Shown: positions 18,924 through 27,542 of the stretch, in pieces
Numbering within the stretch: position 1 is the stretch's first letter
Layout: each line of letters opens with the position of its first letter
NCBI GenBank assembly: GCA_013285905.1
Contig: JABDGU010000015.1
Span: 1 to 41,163 of the forward strand
Direction: 5' to 3'
DNA from: Bacteroidota bacterium
GTDB lineage: Bacteria > Bacteroidota > Bacteroidia > Chitinophagales > Chitinophagaceae
Length of the DNA: 41,163 bases
The notes under the pieces: model-generated
What the model was told of the DNA's origin: nothing
Seen by the model: the letters and a program-made list of their open reading frames with translations, nothing else
The model's database searches: none
Translations under genes and position numbers: made by a program

Positions 18924-19106
18924 ATGAAAAGTATAATATTTGCAGGTATAGCCTGTTGTATAATTGCTATGGTTGGCGCAAGCAATCTTGTGTCAAATGG
19001 CTTAAAGGTGGTAAGTAAATCGAAAAGAAAATGCGTTAATGACCTGGGCGCGCCAGGGTATAACAGCCCACGCGATATTGATGCGCAGTTCCTTGCCGCC
19101 GAATAA
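18924..19106 (+). CDS. Candidate micro-protein (60 aa) with an N-terminal hydrophobic segment and a basic/charged C-terminus
   Basis: MKSIIFAGIACCIIAMVGASNLVS (TM or signal-like), then KSKRKCVNDLGAPGYNSPRDIDAQFLAAE. The ORF is bracketed by the upstream perfect IR and a strong intrinsic terminator 34 bp downstream, making a self-contained transcription unit. Confidence 0.3.
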   Translation: MKSIIFAGIACCIIAMVGASNLVSNGLKVVSKSKRKCVNDLGAPGYNSPRDIDAQFLAAE

Positions 19107-19139
19107 AAATTATGGTTTTTTAAAATAGATAGGTGGTTT

Positions 19140-19169
19140 GCCATCCTGCTGAAGCAGGGTGGCATTTTT
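19140..19169 (+). terminator. Rho-independent terminator (10-bp stem GCCAUCCUGC / GCAGGGUGGC with one G-U pair, UGAA tetraloop, then AUUUUUA)
   Basis: Read directly from the sequence. It immediately follows the 60-aa ORF and precedes the promoter region of the sensor kinase gene. Confidence 0.6.
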
Positions 19170-19250
19170 ATGTTACAAAACGCAGACGAACCACGCAATG
19201 CCTTAACGGATGTTATTGAAACTTAATTAACACAGAAGATTTATAATTGC

Positions 19251-19258
19251 TATATTTG
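19251..19258 (+). promoter_or_regulatory. Bacteroidota sigma-A -7 element candidate (TATATTTG = TAnnTTTG)
   Basis: Exact match to the TAnnTTTG consensus, 39 bp upstream of the ATG at 19297. Confidence 0.3.
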
Positions 19259-19296
19259 TTAAGCAATAAAGATTATATATTTTTAGGAGAGGAAAT

Positions 19297-21459
19297 ATGA
19301 GCATTAGAAAACAAGTTATTGCTATTTTATTGTTTCTTATAATATTCGCATGCATGCCTATCGTGCGTGGAATAGCGTTATACTATCATCCTGGTTTAAT
19401 TGACAACGCTTATTTCCTGTTCGGCCCCGGCATCATTTCCATTCTAATAGGTTCCATACTGTTTATTAGCATATTAAATGTAGTTAAAAAAGTAAGGAAG
19501 GACATAAAAGAGCGTTATGAAAATACTATGCTGGAGCAAACCTACCGTCATATTGTTGAGGGGTCGGGTGTATGCAGTATCGTATTAAATACAAACGGCA
19601 TAGTAAAATTCATAAGTAAAAACGCCGAAAGGCTATATGGTTATCAGCCCGAAGAACTGATAGGAGCAGAAATGATAAAATACATACCTGCCGAATTCCG
19701 TGCAGATATATCAAAAATAATTTCGGGCATACTGCGTGGTGAAGAGTATAATGAAACAATGCAATTGCAGATCCTTGCAAAAGAAGGAACAAGTAAATGG
19801 ATATCGTGCCGGATGTATCCTGTAAAGGATGATAGTGGCGAGATCAGGCAATTGCAATTCATGATTTGGGATATTGACAATGAAAAGAAGATGCAGTTGG
19901 AACTGGAGCGGACTGAACAGGCCCGGAAAATACAACAGCAATTATTGCAAACCATTATAGACTACTGCCCCGTTATCATATACCTTAAAAACCTGAAGGG
20001 AGAAATCGTTCTGACAAATAGCAGGATGAAAAACCTTGCCGGCCTAGCAAGCGGGCAGGATTCCCCTATCTCTCCCAAGATGAATAACAGGGAGGAAAAG
20101 AACAAGTTGTATGAAGAGCATGACAGGCGTGTGATAGAAGAAAAACAAATGGTAGCATTTGAGGATGAATTTATTCACCGCAACGGGAAGACGACCAATT
20201 ACTACCTGATGAAATTCCCGATCTTCAATAAAGAAGGGGAGATAGAATATATCTGCAATTTTTCGACCGATGTAACCAGCCTGAAAAAATCGGAACGCCT
20301 GATGCTGGAAGCGAAAAAAGAAGCAGAACAAGCGAAAGAGGCCCAGGAAATATTTATGGCAAATATGAGCCACGAGATACGCACACCGATGAATGGCATT
20401 CTTGGGATGAGCAATCTTTTAATGAGTACTTCGCTCAATGAAGAACAAAAAGAATTCATGGAGGCCATCCAGGAATCTGCGAAAAATCTTTTGGCCATAA
20501 TAAACGACCTGCTGGATTTCTCTAAGATCAAATCGGGTAAATTTCATCTTGAATCTGTAGAGTTCAAACCAAAGCAAGTGATCAAAAAAGCGATGTATCC
20601 TTTGCTTTTCAGGGCCAATGAAAAGAAACTCCCGCTGAAATGTTTTGTAGATACTTCGGTGCCTGAAAACCTTGTTGGTGACCCATTGCGCCTGCAACAG
20701 GTAATCATTAACCTGGTGGGCAATGCTGTTAAATTTACTGACTCCGGGTCGGTAGAAGTAAAAGTATATCCGGCTTTGCGCAATGGAACCGAAACCATGC
20801 TGAACATTGATGTGATAGATACCGGTATTGGCATACCACACAATAAACTGGGAAATATTTTTGAAAGCTATACCCAAACCGATACCAACATTTCGCGCAT
20901 ATACGGCGGCACTGGTTTGGGTTTAGCTATCGTTAAACAATTAGTAGAATTACAAAACGGAACTGTGTCGGTGAAAAGCGAGTTGGGCAAAGGCTCTGTC
21001 TTCACGGTGCAAATTCCCTATATTGTTATTGAAACAGCCTCTGATATAAACCAAGAGGTAAAAACTAAAGGGGGACAGGATAATATGCTGAAAAACGTAA
21101 AAGTGCTGGTTGCAGAAGATAATCTCATAAACCAGAAAGTGGTTCAAAAAACCCTGATGAAACAAAATGCAGTTGTTGAAGTTGTAAGTAATGGGCAACT
21201 GGCCGTGGACAAATTGCTGAAAGAAGATTTCGATATCATCTTAATGGACCTGCAAATGCCTGAAATGGACGGATACTCGGCTACCAAACACATCAGGCTG
21301 GTGATGAAAAAAGACATACCCATAGTGGCCATGACAGCGGATGCCATAAGCGGAGAATCGGACAAATGTTTTGAGATAGGCATGAATGGTTATATATCGA
21401 AACCGTTTGAAGCTACCGACCTTTACAATAAAATACTTGAGTTAACCAGCAAGCAATAA
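19297..21459 (+). CDS. Hybrid sensor histidine kinase/response regulator with tandem PAS domains
   Basis: Two N-terminal TM helices. Two PAS-like regions. HisKA H-box ANMSHEIRTPMNGILGMSNLL. HATPase_c N/G boxes (GNAVKFT, VIDTGIGI, GGTGLGLAIVKQL). C-terminal receiver domain (KVLVAEDNLINQKV..., DIILMDLQMPEMDG, ISKPF). Confidence 0.9.
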   Translation: MSIRKQVIAILLFLIIFACMPIVRGIALYYHPGLIDNAYFLFGPGIISILIGSILFISILNVVKKVRKDIKERYENTMLEQTYRHIVEGSGVCSIVLNTNGIVKFISKNAERLYGYQPEELIGAEMIKYIPAEFRADISKIISGILRGEEYNETMQLQILAKEGTSKWISCRMYPVKDDSGEIRQLQFMIWDIDNEKKMQLELERTEQARKIQQQLLQTIIDYCPVIIYLKNLKGEIVLTNSRMKNLAGLASGQDSPISPKMNNREEKNKLYEEHDRRVIEEKQMVAFEDEFIHRNGKTTNYYLMKFPIFNKEGEIEYICNFSTDVTSLKKSERLMLEAKKEAEQAKEAQEIFMANMSHEIRTPMNGILGMSNLLMSTSLNEEQKEFMEAIQESAKNLLAIINDLLDFSKIKSGKFHLESVEFKPKQVIKKAMYPLLFRANEKKLPLKCFVDTSVPENLVGDPLRLQQVIINLVGNAVKFTDSGSVEVKVYPALRNGTETMLNIDVIDTGIGIPHNKLGNIFESYTQTDTNISRIYGGTGLGLAIVKQLVELQNGTVSVKSELGKGSVFTVQIPYIVIETASDINQEVKTKGGQDNMLKNVKVLVAEDNLINQKVVQKTLMKQNAVVEVVSNGQLAVDKLLKEDFDIILMDLQMPEMDGYSATKHIRLVMKKDIPIVAMTADAISGESDKCFEIGMNGYISKPFEATDLYNKILELTSKQ

Positions 21460-21533
21460 GAAATATCTTAAGCACTCCAATTTTTGCAGTTGAAAGATGT
21501 GTAGTGGAGCGCTTAGGAAGTATATAAAAAGTA

Positions 21534-21576
21534 AAAGCACAGGACACGCTAATCACACACTATGCATGCCTGTGCT
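21534..21576 (-). terminator. Candidate terminator for phoU (9-bp stem AAGCACAGG / CCTGTGCTT with a long 25-nt loop; on the minus strand it is followed by UACUUUUUAUAU)
   Basis: Read directly from the sequence. It lies in the convergent gap between the kinase gene (plus) and phoU (minus). The loop is unusually long, so confidence is low. Confidence 0.3.
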
Positions 21577-21610
21577 TCCGGATTTGATAAGGGATAAGGT
21601 AAATATTCTT

Positions 21611-22273
21611 CTATTGCCTTCCCTGGTGTTTCAACACTTTGGCTTCAACATAAAAAATGATCTCTTCGGCTATGTTTTTAGATTGGTCACCAACCCTTTC
21701 CAGTTTGCGAATAATAGAGAGCACATTCAAAGCGTCTGTAAGCACACCACTATCCGCCTTAATATATTCAACTATGCGGTCGTTGGCTTTCATATTGATC
21801 TTATCAAGCACTTCATCTCTCTTAAAAATACCCCTTGCCATAATGGTATCTTCTTTTTCAAATGCCAGGCGTGTATCTGTCAGGATGTTTATAGCGTCAT
21901 CATACATAAGCATCAGCTCGGTAGCTTCAAAAAGGGAAGGGTCGTATTCCCCGTTTGAGGTGATTATGTACTTTGCTATGCCTTCCGCTATATCTCCTAT
22001 GCGCTCCAGGTTATTATTTATTTTAAGCACGGCAAGCAAAAAACGAAGGTCTATTGCAACCGGGCAAAACAAGGCAAATATATTTTCGCAATCGAGGTCT
22101 ATCTTAAGTTCCAGGGCATTCACTCTTTTTTCTCTCAGCACAATTTCTCTTGCGAGGTTTGTATCAAATTGAAGCATAGCGGACCTCGATTTCTCCAACT
22201 GGGAAAGCACAAGGTTCCACATATTGATCACTTCTTTCTTAAGCTCCTGTAATTCACCTTCTAACTGGGTCAT
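21611..22273 (-). CDS. phoU: Phosphate signalling complex protein PhoU
   Basis: 220 aa with two internal PhoU repeats containing ERIGD-type motifs (NNLERIGDIAEGIA; RKLERVGDQSKNIAEEI). It is the last gene of the pst operon, 18 nt after pstB. Confidence 0.85.
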   Translation of the reverse strand: MTQLEGELQELKKEVINMWNLVLSQLEKSRSAMLQFDTNLAREIVLREKRVNALELKIDLDCENIFALFCPVAIDLRFLLAVLKINNNLERIGDIAEGIAKYIITSNGEYDPSLFEATELMLMYDDAINILTDTRLAFEKEDTIMARGIFKRDEVLDKINMKANDRIVEYIKADSGVLTDALNVLSIIRKLERVGDQSKNIAEEIIFYVEAKVLKHQGRQ

Positions 22274-22291
22274 TTTATTTTTTTTTTTTAC

Positions 22292-23050
22292 TTAACTAAA
22301 ACGGCCTGTAATATAATTTTGTGTACGTATATCGCGGGGGTTTGTAAACATTTGTTTTGTGTTATCAAACTCCACCAGTTCACCCATGTAAAAGAAAGCT
22401 GTTTTATCGCTCACCCTGGCAGCCTGCTGCATATTATGTGTTACAATAATAATGGTATAGTTCTTTTTCAGTTCGTGCAACAATTCTTCCACGCTTGATG
22501 TTGAAATAGGGTCGAGTGCCGATGTTGGTTCATCAAGCAGCAGTACTTCCGGCTCCATGGCAATGGCACGGGCAATACACAAACGTTGCTGCTGGCCACC
22601 CGAAAGAAATGTTCCTTTTTTATGCAAAGAATCTTTTACTTCTTTCCATAAGGCTGCCCTGCTCAATGATTGTTCTACTATCTTGTCTTTCTCGGCTTTA
22701 TCCATTTTAATCCCGTTCAGCTTATATCCTGCTATTACATTGTCGTATATGCTGAGATTTGGGAAAGGATTAGGGCGCTGAAAAACCATGCCAATTTTCA
22801 ACCTGACAAATATGGGGTGCATCTCATAGACATCTTCGTTATTCAGCATCATTTTACCCTCGCAGGTAGCTCCGGGTATAAGTTCATGCATACGATTGAT
22901 GCATCGCAAATAAGTGGTTTTGCCACAGCCCGAGGGGCCCATTACCGCTATTACATGGTTTTTAGTGATGTCTATGTTTACGTCCTTTACTACATGGTTG
23001 GTTCCAAACCATGCATTAAATTTCGTGCTGCTTACAACTGTACTTTCCAT
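22292..23050 (-). CDS. pstB: Phosphate ABC transporter ATP-binding protein PstB
   Basis: Walker [13 protein letters not shown] signature [16 protein letters not shown], Walker [12 protein letters not shown]. The tabulated ORF extends to 23137, but the conserved N-terminus starts at MESTVV (ATG 23048-23050), giving a 19-bp overlap with pstA. Confidence 0.93.
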   Translation of the reverse strand: MESTVVSSTKFNAWFGTNHVVKDVNIDITKNHVIAVMGPSGCGKTTYLRCINRMHELIPGATCEGKMMLNNEDVYEMHPIFVRLKIGMVFQRPNPFPNLSIYDNVIAGYKLNGIKMDKAEKDKIVEQSLSRAALWKEVKDSLHKKGTFLSGGQQQRLCIARAIAMEPEVLLLDEPTSALDPISTSSVEELLHELKKNYTIIIVTHNMQQAARVSDKTAFFYMGELVEFDNTKQMFTNPRDIRTQNYITGRFS

Positions 23051-23877
23051 TTTCTTGTGGTGATCTTTGTAACAATATTTAATAATAATACCCACGCAAG
23101 TAATATCAGTGAAGCCCCCCATGCAAGGTCGTGCCAATCATTATAAGGACTGGTTGCATAATTAAAAATAAGTAAAGGCAAGCTTTGCATTGGCTTAACA
23201 AGACTGGTAGATAAATATGGGTTGCCAAATGCTGTAAATAAAAGCGGCGCTGTCTCTCCGGCAACCCTTGCGACCGCAAGTATAACACCTGAAATAATTC
23301 CGCTAATGCCACAAGGCACTATTACTTTCATGATAACCCGGTGAAATGGCATACCTAAGGCGAATGCCGCTTCTCTTAATGTATCGGGCAGCAGCTTCAA
23401 TGTTTCTTCAGTTGATCGTACAATTACGGGCAACATCATAATGGCAAGCGCCACGCTTCCTGAAATAGCAGAAAAGCCGCCGAATGGTTTTACCATCCAG
23501 AAATAAGCGACTATCCCTATTACGATAGAAGGTATGCCTTGCAATACATCCAAGGACAAACCAGCCCAATAAGCCAGCTTGCTCTTTCTGTTTTCGCTAA
23601 GGTATATTCCACCTAGAACTCCGACAGGAATTGCGATTAATGAGGCTATGCTTACTATTATCAAACTGCCGAGTAAAGCATTTGCTATACCCCCCCCTAT
23701 TTCGCCGACAGGTTTGGGGATATTGGTAAAGAAGTTCCAGTTTATTTTTGTGATGCCCGCCTTAACAATAAACGCAAGTATGGCAAGCAATGGCAATACA
23801 CAGGCAAAAGCAAGCGTTATAGTCAACGCTTTAAAGCCAGTGCTTTTCCCGATCCTATATTTTACGCGTGCGTTCAT
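23032..23877 (-). CDS. pstA: Phosphate ABC transporter permease PstA
   Basis: 281 aa, six TM segments, permease EAA-like loop ([19 protein letters not shown]). It sits in the conserved pstS-C-A-B gene order. Confidence 0.88.
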   Translation of the reverse strand: MNARVKYRIGKSTGFKALTITLAFACVLPLLAILAFIVKAGITKINWNFFTNIPKPVGEIGGGIANALLGSLIIVSIASLIAIPVGVLGGIYLSENRKSKLAYWAGLSLDVLQGIPSIVIGIVAYFWMVKPFGGFSAISGSVALAIMMLPVIVRSTEETLKLLPDTLREAAFALGMPFHRVIMKVIVPCGISGIISGVILAVARVAGETAPLLFTAFGNPYLSTSLVKPMQSLPLLIFNYATSPYNDWHDLAWGASLILLAWVLLLNIVTKITTRKWKVQL

Positions 23878-23881
23878 ATTT

Positions 23882-24868
23882 CTAATTTGAAAAACGACTG
23901 ATCACTTTTTTGCCTATCATATTTATCACCACTGTTACCAGAAACAATACGAGACCCAATTCTATAAGAGCGGACAGGTAAACCGGTTTATCAGCTTCAG
24001 TAAATTCGTTTGCTATTACACTCGCCATAGTATTGCCGGGAGCGAAAATATTTTTAGGTATGAGGCTTGTATTGCCTATTACCATTGTTACGGCCATTGT
24101 TTCGCCGAGTGCACGGCCCAATGACAAAAGCACGCCGGCAAATAATCCTGATTTTGTATAAGGCAGGATTACTGAACGTATTACTTCCCATTTGGTGGCA
24201 CCCAAAGAATATGCCCCTTCTTTTAATGGTGAGGGCACCATTTGTATCATTGACCTTCCGAGAGAAGCCGCGTAAGGTATGATCATGATAGATAAGATCA
24301 AAGAAGAAGAAAATATGCCTACTCCCAAGGGTTGTATTCCTATAGAAGATTCAAAACTCCTCACTATCGGGACAAGGACCGCCAAGCCCCAAAAGCCATA
24401 TATAACTGATGGAACAGCGGCTATCAATTCTACTGTATTCTTTAAAAAATTCGGCAACCATCCTTTGGGATAATATTCTCCCAGGAATATAGCCACAGAA
24501 AAAGAAAAAGGTATTGAAATTAGTAATGCCAGGAAAGAAGTAAGAAGCGTACCGAGCAAAAAAGGATATGCTCCGTAGATATCCTGAACGGGGTCCCATA
24601 TTTTTCCCCAGAGGTAAGAAAGCCCCAGGGCTTTTATAGAGGGAATAGACTGCACCACGAGGGTTAATAAAATGCCCAAAACCAAAACCACCATTATAAG
24701 GCCCATCAGTACCAGAGTGCGCCTGAATATATTTTCAGTGCGTATCTGCCTGTACGACCTTTTTAATCTTATGTTAGTTTTCACAAAAGCAGGAGCTTTT
24801 ATAGAAGTAATTACCCGCAGTGGATTGTGTCTGCGGGTAATTACCGTTTTATCAACAGATGTGTCCAT
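23882..24868 (-). CDS. pstC: Phosphate ABC transporter permease PstC
   Basis: 328 aa polytopic permease (SLGRALGETMAVTMVIGN). It lies between pstS and pstA. Confidence 0.88.
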   Translation of the reverse strand: MDTSVDKTVITRRHNPLRVITSIKAPAFVKTNIRLKRSYRQIRTENIFRRTLVLMGLIMVVLVLGILLTLVVQSIPSIKALGLSYLWGKIWDPVQDIYGAYPFLLGTLLTSFLALLISIPFSFSVAIFLGEYYPKGWLPNFLKNTVELIAAVPSVIYGFWGLAVLVPIVRSFESSIGIQPLGVGIFSSSLILSIMIIPYAASLGRSMIQMVPSPLKEGAYSLGATKWEVIRSVILPYTKSGLFAGVLLSLGRALGETMAVTMVIGNTSLIPKNIFAPGNTMASVIANEFTEADKPVYLSALIELGLVLFLVTVVINMIGKKVISRFSN

Positions 24869-24886
24869 TTAATTTTTCATTACAGG

Positions 24887-25987
24887 TTACTGCAATATTG
24901 GTTTACCATCATAGGTGATGGATTTAAGATTTGCATCGGCAGCGCTAACGGCTCCCGGAGCAAGCGGCGCATAATTTAATGCACTGCTATACTGTTGTCC
25001 GTCGTGTACCATCCATTGCAATAATTTTACCAATTTTGTAGCCCTATCTACAGTGCGATCGCCATACTTCTGCTCTTTATAGAGTAAAACCCAAGAGAAA
25101 CCGGAAATAGGATAACCATCAACAGCATCTGTATTAGTGAGCGATACTTTTGTATCTGCAGGTATCTGTATGTTAGCAGCAGAAGTAACAGATGCGATGC
25201 TTGGTGTGATCCAATTGCCTGCTTTATTTTGAACGACTGCAAAGGCCATGCTATTTTGAATAGCATAAGCCAGCTCAATATATCCAATAGCGCCAGGTGT
25301 TTGTTTGATAAGCCCTGCAACACCTTCGTTACCCTTTCCACCAAGTCCTGTAGGCCAGTTTACAGATGAGCCTTTGCCCACTGTCTTTTCCCAATCAGGG
25401 CTTACTTTTGCAAGATAAGTAGTGAAGATATTTGTAGTGCCGCTTCCATCGGAACGATGTGCTATAACAATATCCGTTGCAGGTAATTTAACACCTTTAT
25501 TTGCAGCAGCTATTTTAGCGTCATTCCATTTTTTTATTTTGCCCATGAAGATATCAGATACCAGAGCAGGTGAAAGCTTCAATGTATCCTTCATCTCAGG
25601 CAGGTTATAGCTTATAACTACGGCACCAGCAGTAACAGGTATGTGGATGGCCGGTGCTGTCATACCAGAATCCTGCTTACCGTTCAAAGGTGCATCCGAA
25701 GCGCCGAAATCAACCGTTTTATTTGTAAGTTGAAGTATACCACCGCCTGAACCAATGGACTGGTAGTTAACTTTTAAGCCATTGATCTTGTTAACTTCAG
25801 AAAACATCTTGGAAAACAAAGGGTAGTCAAATGTACTACCTGCTCCCAACAACATGTTATCATCGCCGGATGTGCTGTCGCTTGTCTTTTTATCTGAGGA
25901 ACCTGCCCCACCGCAACTATATAATGACATGCTTGTCATCAGCAGCAAAGCAAGTCCTGCAAGCGTCAAACCTTTTATTGTTTTCAT
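24887..25987 (-). CDS. pstS: Phosphate-binding protein PstS (periplasmic/lipoprotein substrate-binding component)
   Basis: Signal peptide with a lipobox (SLYSCGG). PBP type-2 fold motifs are present (GAGSTF, SIGSGGG, ASDAPL, AHRSDGSGTT). Confidence 0.88.
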   Translation of the reverse strand: MKTIKGLTLAGLALLLMTSMSLYSCGGAGSSDKKTSDSTSGDDNMLLGAGSTFDYPLFSKMFSEVNKINGLKVNYQSIGSGGGILQLTNKTVDFGASDAPLNGKQDSGMTAPAIHIPVTAGAVVISYNLPEMKDTLKLSPALVSDIFMGKIKKWNDAKIAAANKGVKLPATDIVIAHRSDGSGTTNIFTTYLAKVSPDWEKTVGKGSSVNWPTGLGGKGNEGVAGLIKQTPGAIGYIELAYAIQNSMAFAVVQNKAGNWITPSIASVTSAANIQIPADTKVSLTNTDAVDGYPISGFSWVLLYKEQKYGDRTVDRATKLVKLLQWMVHDGQQYSSALNYAPLAPGAVSAADANLKSITYDGKPILQ

Positions 25988-26025
25988 AAATATATGTCGT
26001 TTTTAATGATGATCTTTTTGTTCTC

Positions 26026-27384
26026 TTATTTACCAAAGATAAAATAGAAGGTCAGGCGGTAAACCATATCGTTTCCATTAGGCAATGGGCTAAAACCGTT
26101 CGAACTGCTGTAAGAATCATACCAAATGTTTGGCATAATGTGTACATTTTTGATCGGGGTATAATCCAAACCTAAAGTCATGAAATTTTCTTTGTTTGTT
26201 GGATCGTACTGAGAGGTAGAAGCAGAATATTTACTAAACTGAGCCGGATTATCGAACGCACTAAGATTTTTGGTTGGATCGTATGTATCATAACGTGCAA
26301 AGAAGCCTAATTTGTCTTTATAGATCTTTCCACGAGCATACAATGATACTGCAGTAGCAACTGTGTTGAAATAATAAGTCTTGCCATCTGCTGCGCCAGT
26401 TGCTGCAACATCACCCATCAAAGTATTTGTAAACGCTTCCACACCTACAGTGAATTTAGGTTCAGTCCATGCAATAAATATCTTGGTCATATTGCGATCG
26501 TGATGATAGGTCGGTGTCCAGTTAAGCCTGTAATAATCCTGGTAAAGATCAACGATCAAATGTTTGTTGAAGAACTTAGCATACACATCGCCATAAAACC
26601 ATTTAAAAGCATTGGCTTCAATTTTAGCGCTCTGCCCATTACCAACCATAACATTATAGCCATAATTATCATTCTTAGGAATGAAACGACCCTGAAGAGT
26701 TACACCAAGATCAAAAGAAGGCGTACGACGTATATCAGATACAGTTCTTTCGATAGAACGATAGTTCCAAACAACCTCAGATAAAAGAGGGAAAGAAGGC
26801 GTTGCAACTTCACCTATCACAAGGTCTGCACCTGGATAAATTTGTTTCCAACGCACATTAGCCAGTTTCAAATAAGGTGCTAATTTACCATCGGCCAGGA
26901 GGTCGCCATTTTGGTTTGAAGCTGGGTTTGAAACGGATACAGTTGTAGTTGTTTTTGTTGTTGCTGCTGCACCGGGTGCACCAGTGATCGTTGTTGTTGA
27001 GGTGGAAGTTGCAGTATAAGTTGTAGGTGCTGCAGAATTGAAATCATCTTCTGCGGCTAACAAAAATTCAGCAGAAAATTTTGGACTGATGTCATAATTA
27101 TAACCAAGATAAGCACGGCGAAGCTGGAAAAGGTTCATGTTTTGACCATTATTTGCCCAGTTTACGTTTGTATATTGGTTAGAGCCACCACGGTATTTAG
27201 CATTTTTAGCAAAACCTGCAGTGTCTGCATTTCCTTTATATGCAAAGTCGCCGAATGCATATCCCCAAAGCGTTCCGTGGGGTTTAAAAACAGTGTCGGA
27301 AGAAGATTGTGCATGAACAGATAAAGAGGCCGACAGCAATATAGCCACAGCCAAAAGCCTGAAATTGGTAAAGAATTTTTTCAT
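26026..27384 (-). CDS. Outer-membrane beta-barrel porin, probably a phosphate-selective porin O/P-like protein, first gene of the pst operon
   Basis: Signal peptide MKKFFTNFRLLAVAILLSASLSVHAQ. Alternating amphipathic beta-strands with aromatic residues. Terminal F (…LTFYFIFGK, near-terminal Phe). It is immediately upstream of pstS on the same strand. Confidence 0.5.
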   Translation of the reverse strand: MKKFFTNFRLLAVAILLSASLSVHAQSSSDTVFKPHGTLWGYAFGDFAYKGNADTAGFAKNAKYRGGSNQYTNVNWANNGQNMNLFQLRRAYLGYNYDISPKFSAEFLLAAEDDFNSAAPTTYTATSTSTTTITGAPGAAATTKTTTTVSVSNPASNQNGDLLADGKLAPYLKLANVRWKQIYPGADLVIGEVATPSFPLLSEVVWNYRSIERTVSDIRRTPSFDLGVTLQGRFIPKNDNYGYNVMVGNGQSAKIEANAFKWFYGDVYAKFFNKHLIVDLYQDYYRLNWTPTYHHDRNMTKIFIAWTEPKFTVGVEAFTNTLMGDVAATGAADGKTYYFNTVATAVSLYARGKIYKDKLGFFARYDTYDPTKNLSAFDNPAQFSKYSASTSQYDPTNKENFMTLGLDYTPIKNVHIMPNIWYDSYSSSNGFSPLPNGNDMVYRLTFYFIFGK

Positions 27385-27434
27385 CGGGAGAATGTTTGAT
27401 TTGAGTGCAAAAAAAGGCTTTGGGTATTATTGCT

Positions 27435-27464
27435 ATGTTAAGCCAACATTAATTTAATGTTAAG
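27435..27464. promoter_or_regulatory. Candidate operator in the porin/pst promoter: two ATGTTAAG direct repeats 22 bp apart, flanking and overlapping a perfect 17-bp palindrome AACATTAATTTAATGTT (27445-27461)
   Basis: Read directly from the sequence. It lies 51-80 bp upstream of the porin start codon and downstream of the terminator of the preceding gene. Confidence 0.4.
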
Positions 27465-27481
27465 AAACCCCGTAAATCTGC

Positions 27482-27515
27482 AAAAAAAAATGCCCCCGAA
27501 ACAGATTCGGGGGCA
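27482..27515 (-). terminator. Rho-independent terminator of the giant adhesin gene (10-bp stem UGCCCCCGAA / UUCGGGGGCA; on the minus strand it is followed by U9)
   Basis: Read directly from the sequence: AAAAAAAAA-TGCCCCCGAA-ACAGA-TTCGGGGGCA on the plus strand. It lies 28 bp after the stop codon of the 3017-aa gene. Confidence 0.8.
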
Positions 27516-27542
27516 TAATATGCAAATTTATTATTGTTCGTT

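Noticed and set aside
18902-19198. 98-aa minus-strand ORF overlapping the micro-ORF and its terminator
   Set aside because: It runs antisense through the terminator hairpin and the inverted repeat, and its composition is Arg/Ser/Leu-biased, typical of a reverse-strand artefact.
19297-21459. Sensor kinase next to phoU as a possible PhoR
   Set aside because: It is a hybrid kinase with tandem PAS domains and a C-terminal receiver. It is transcribed convergently to the pst operon and has no adjacent PhoB-like regulator.
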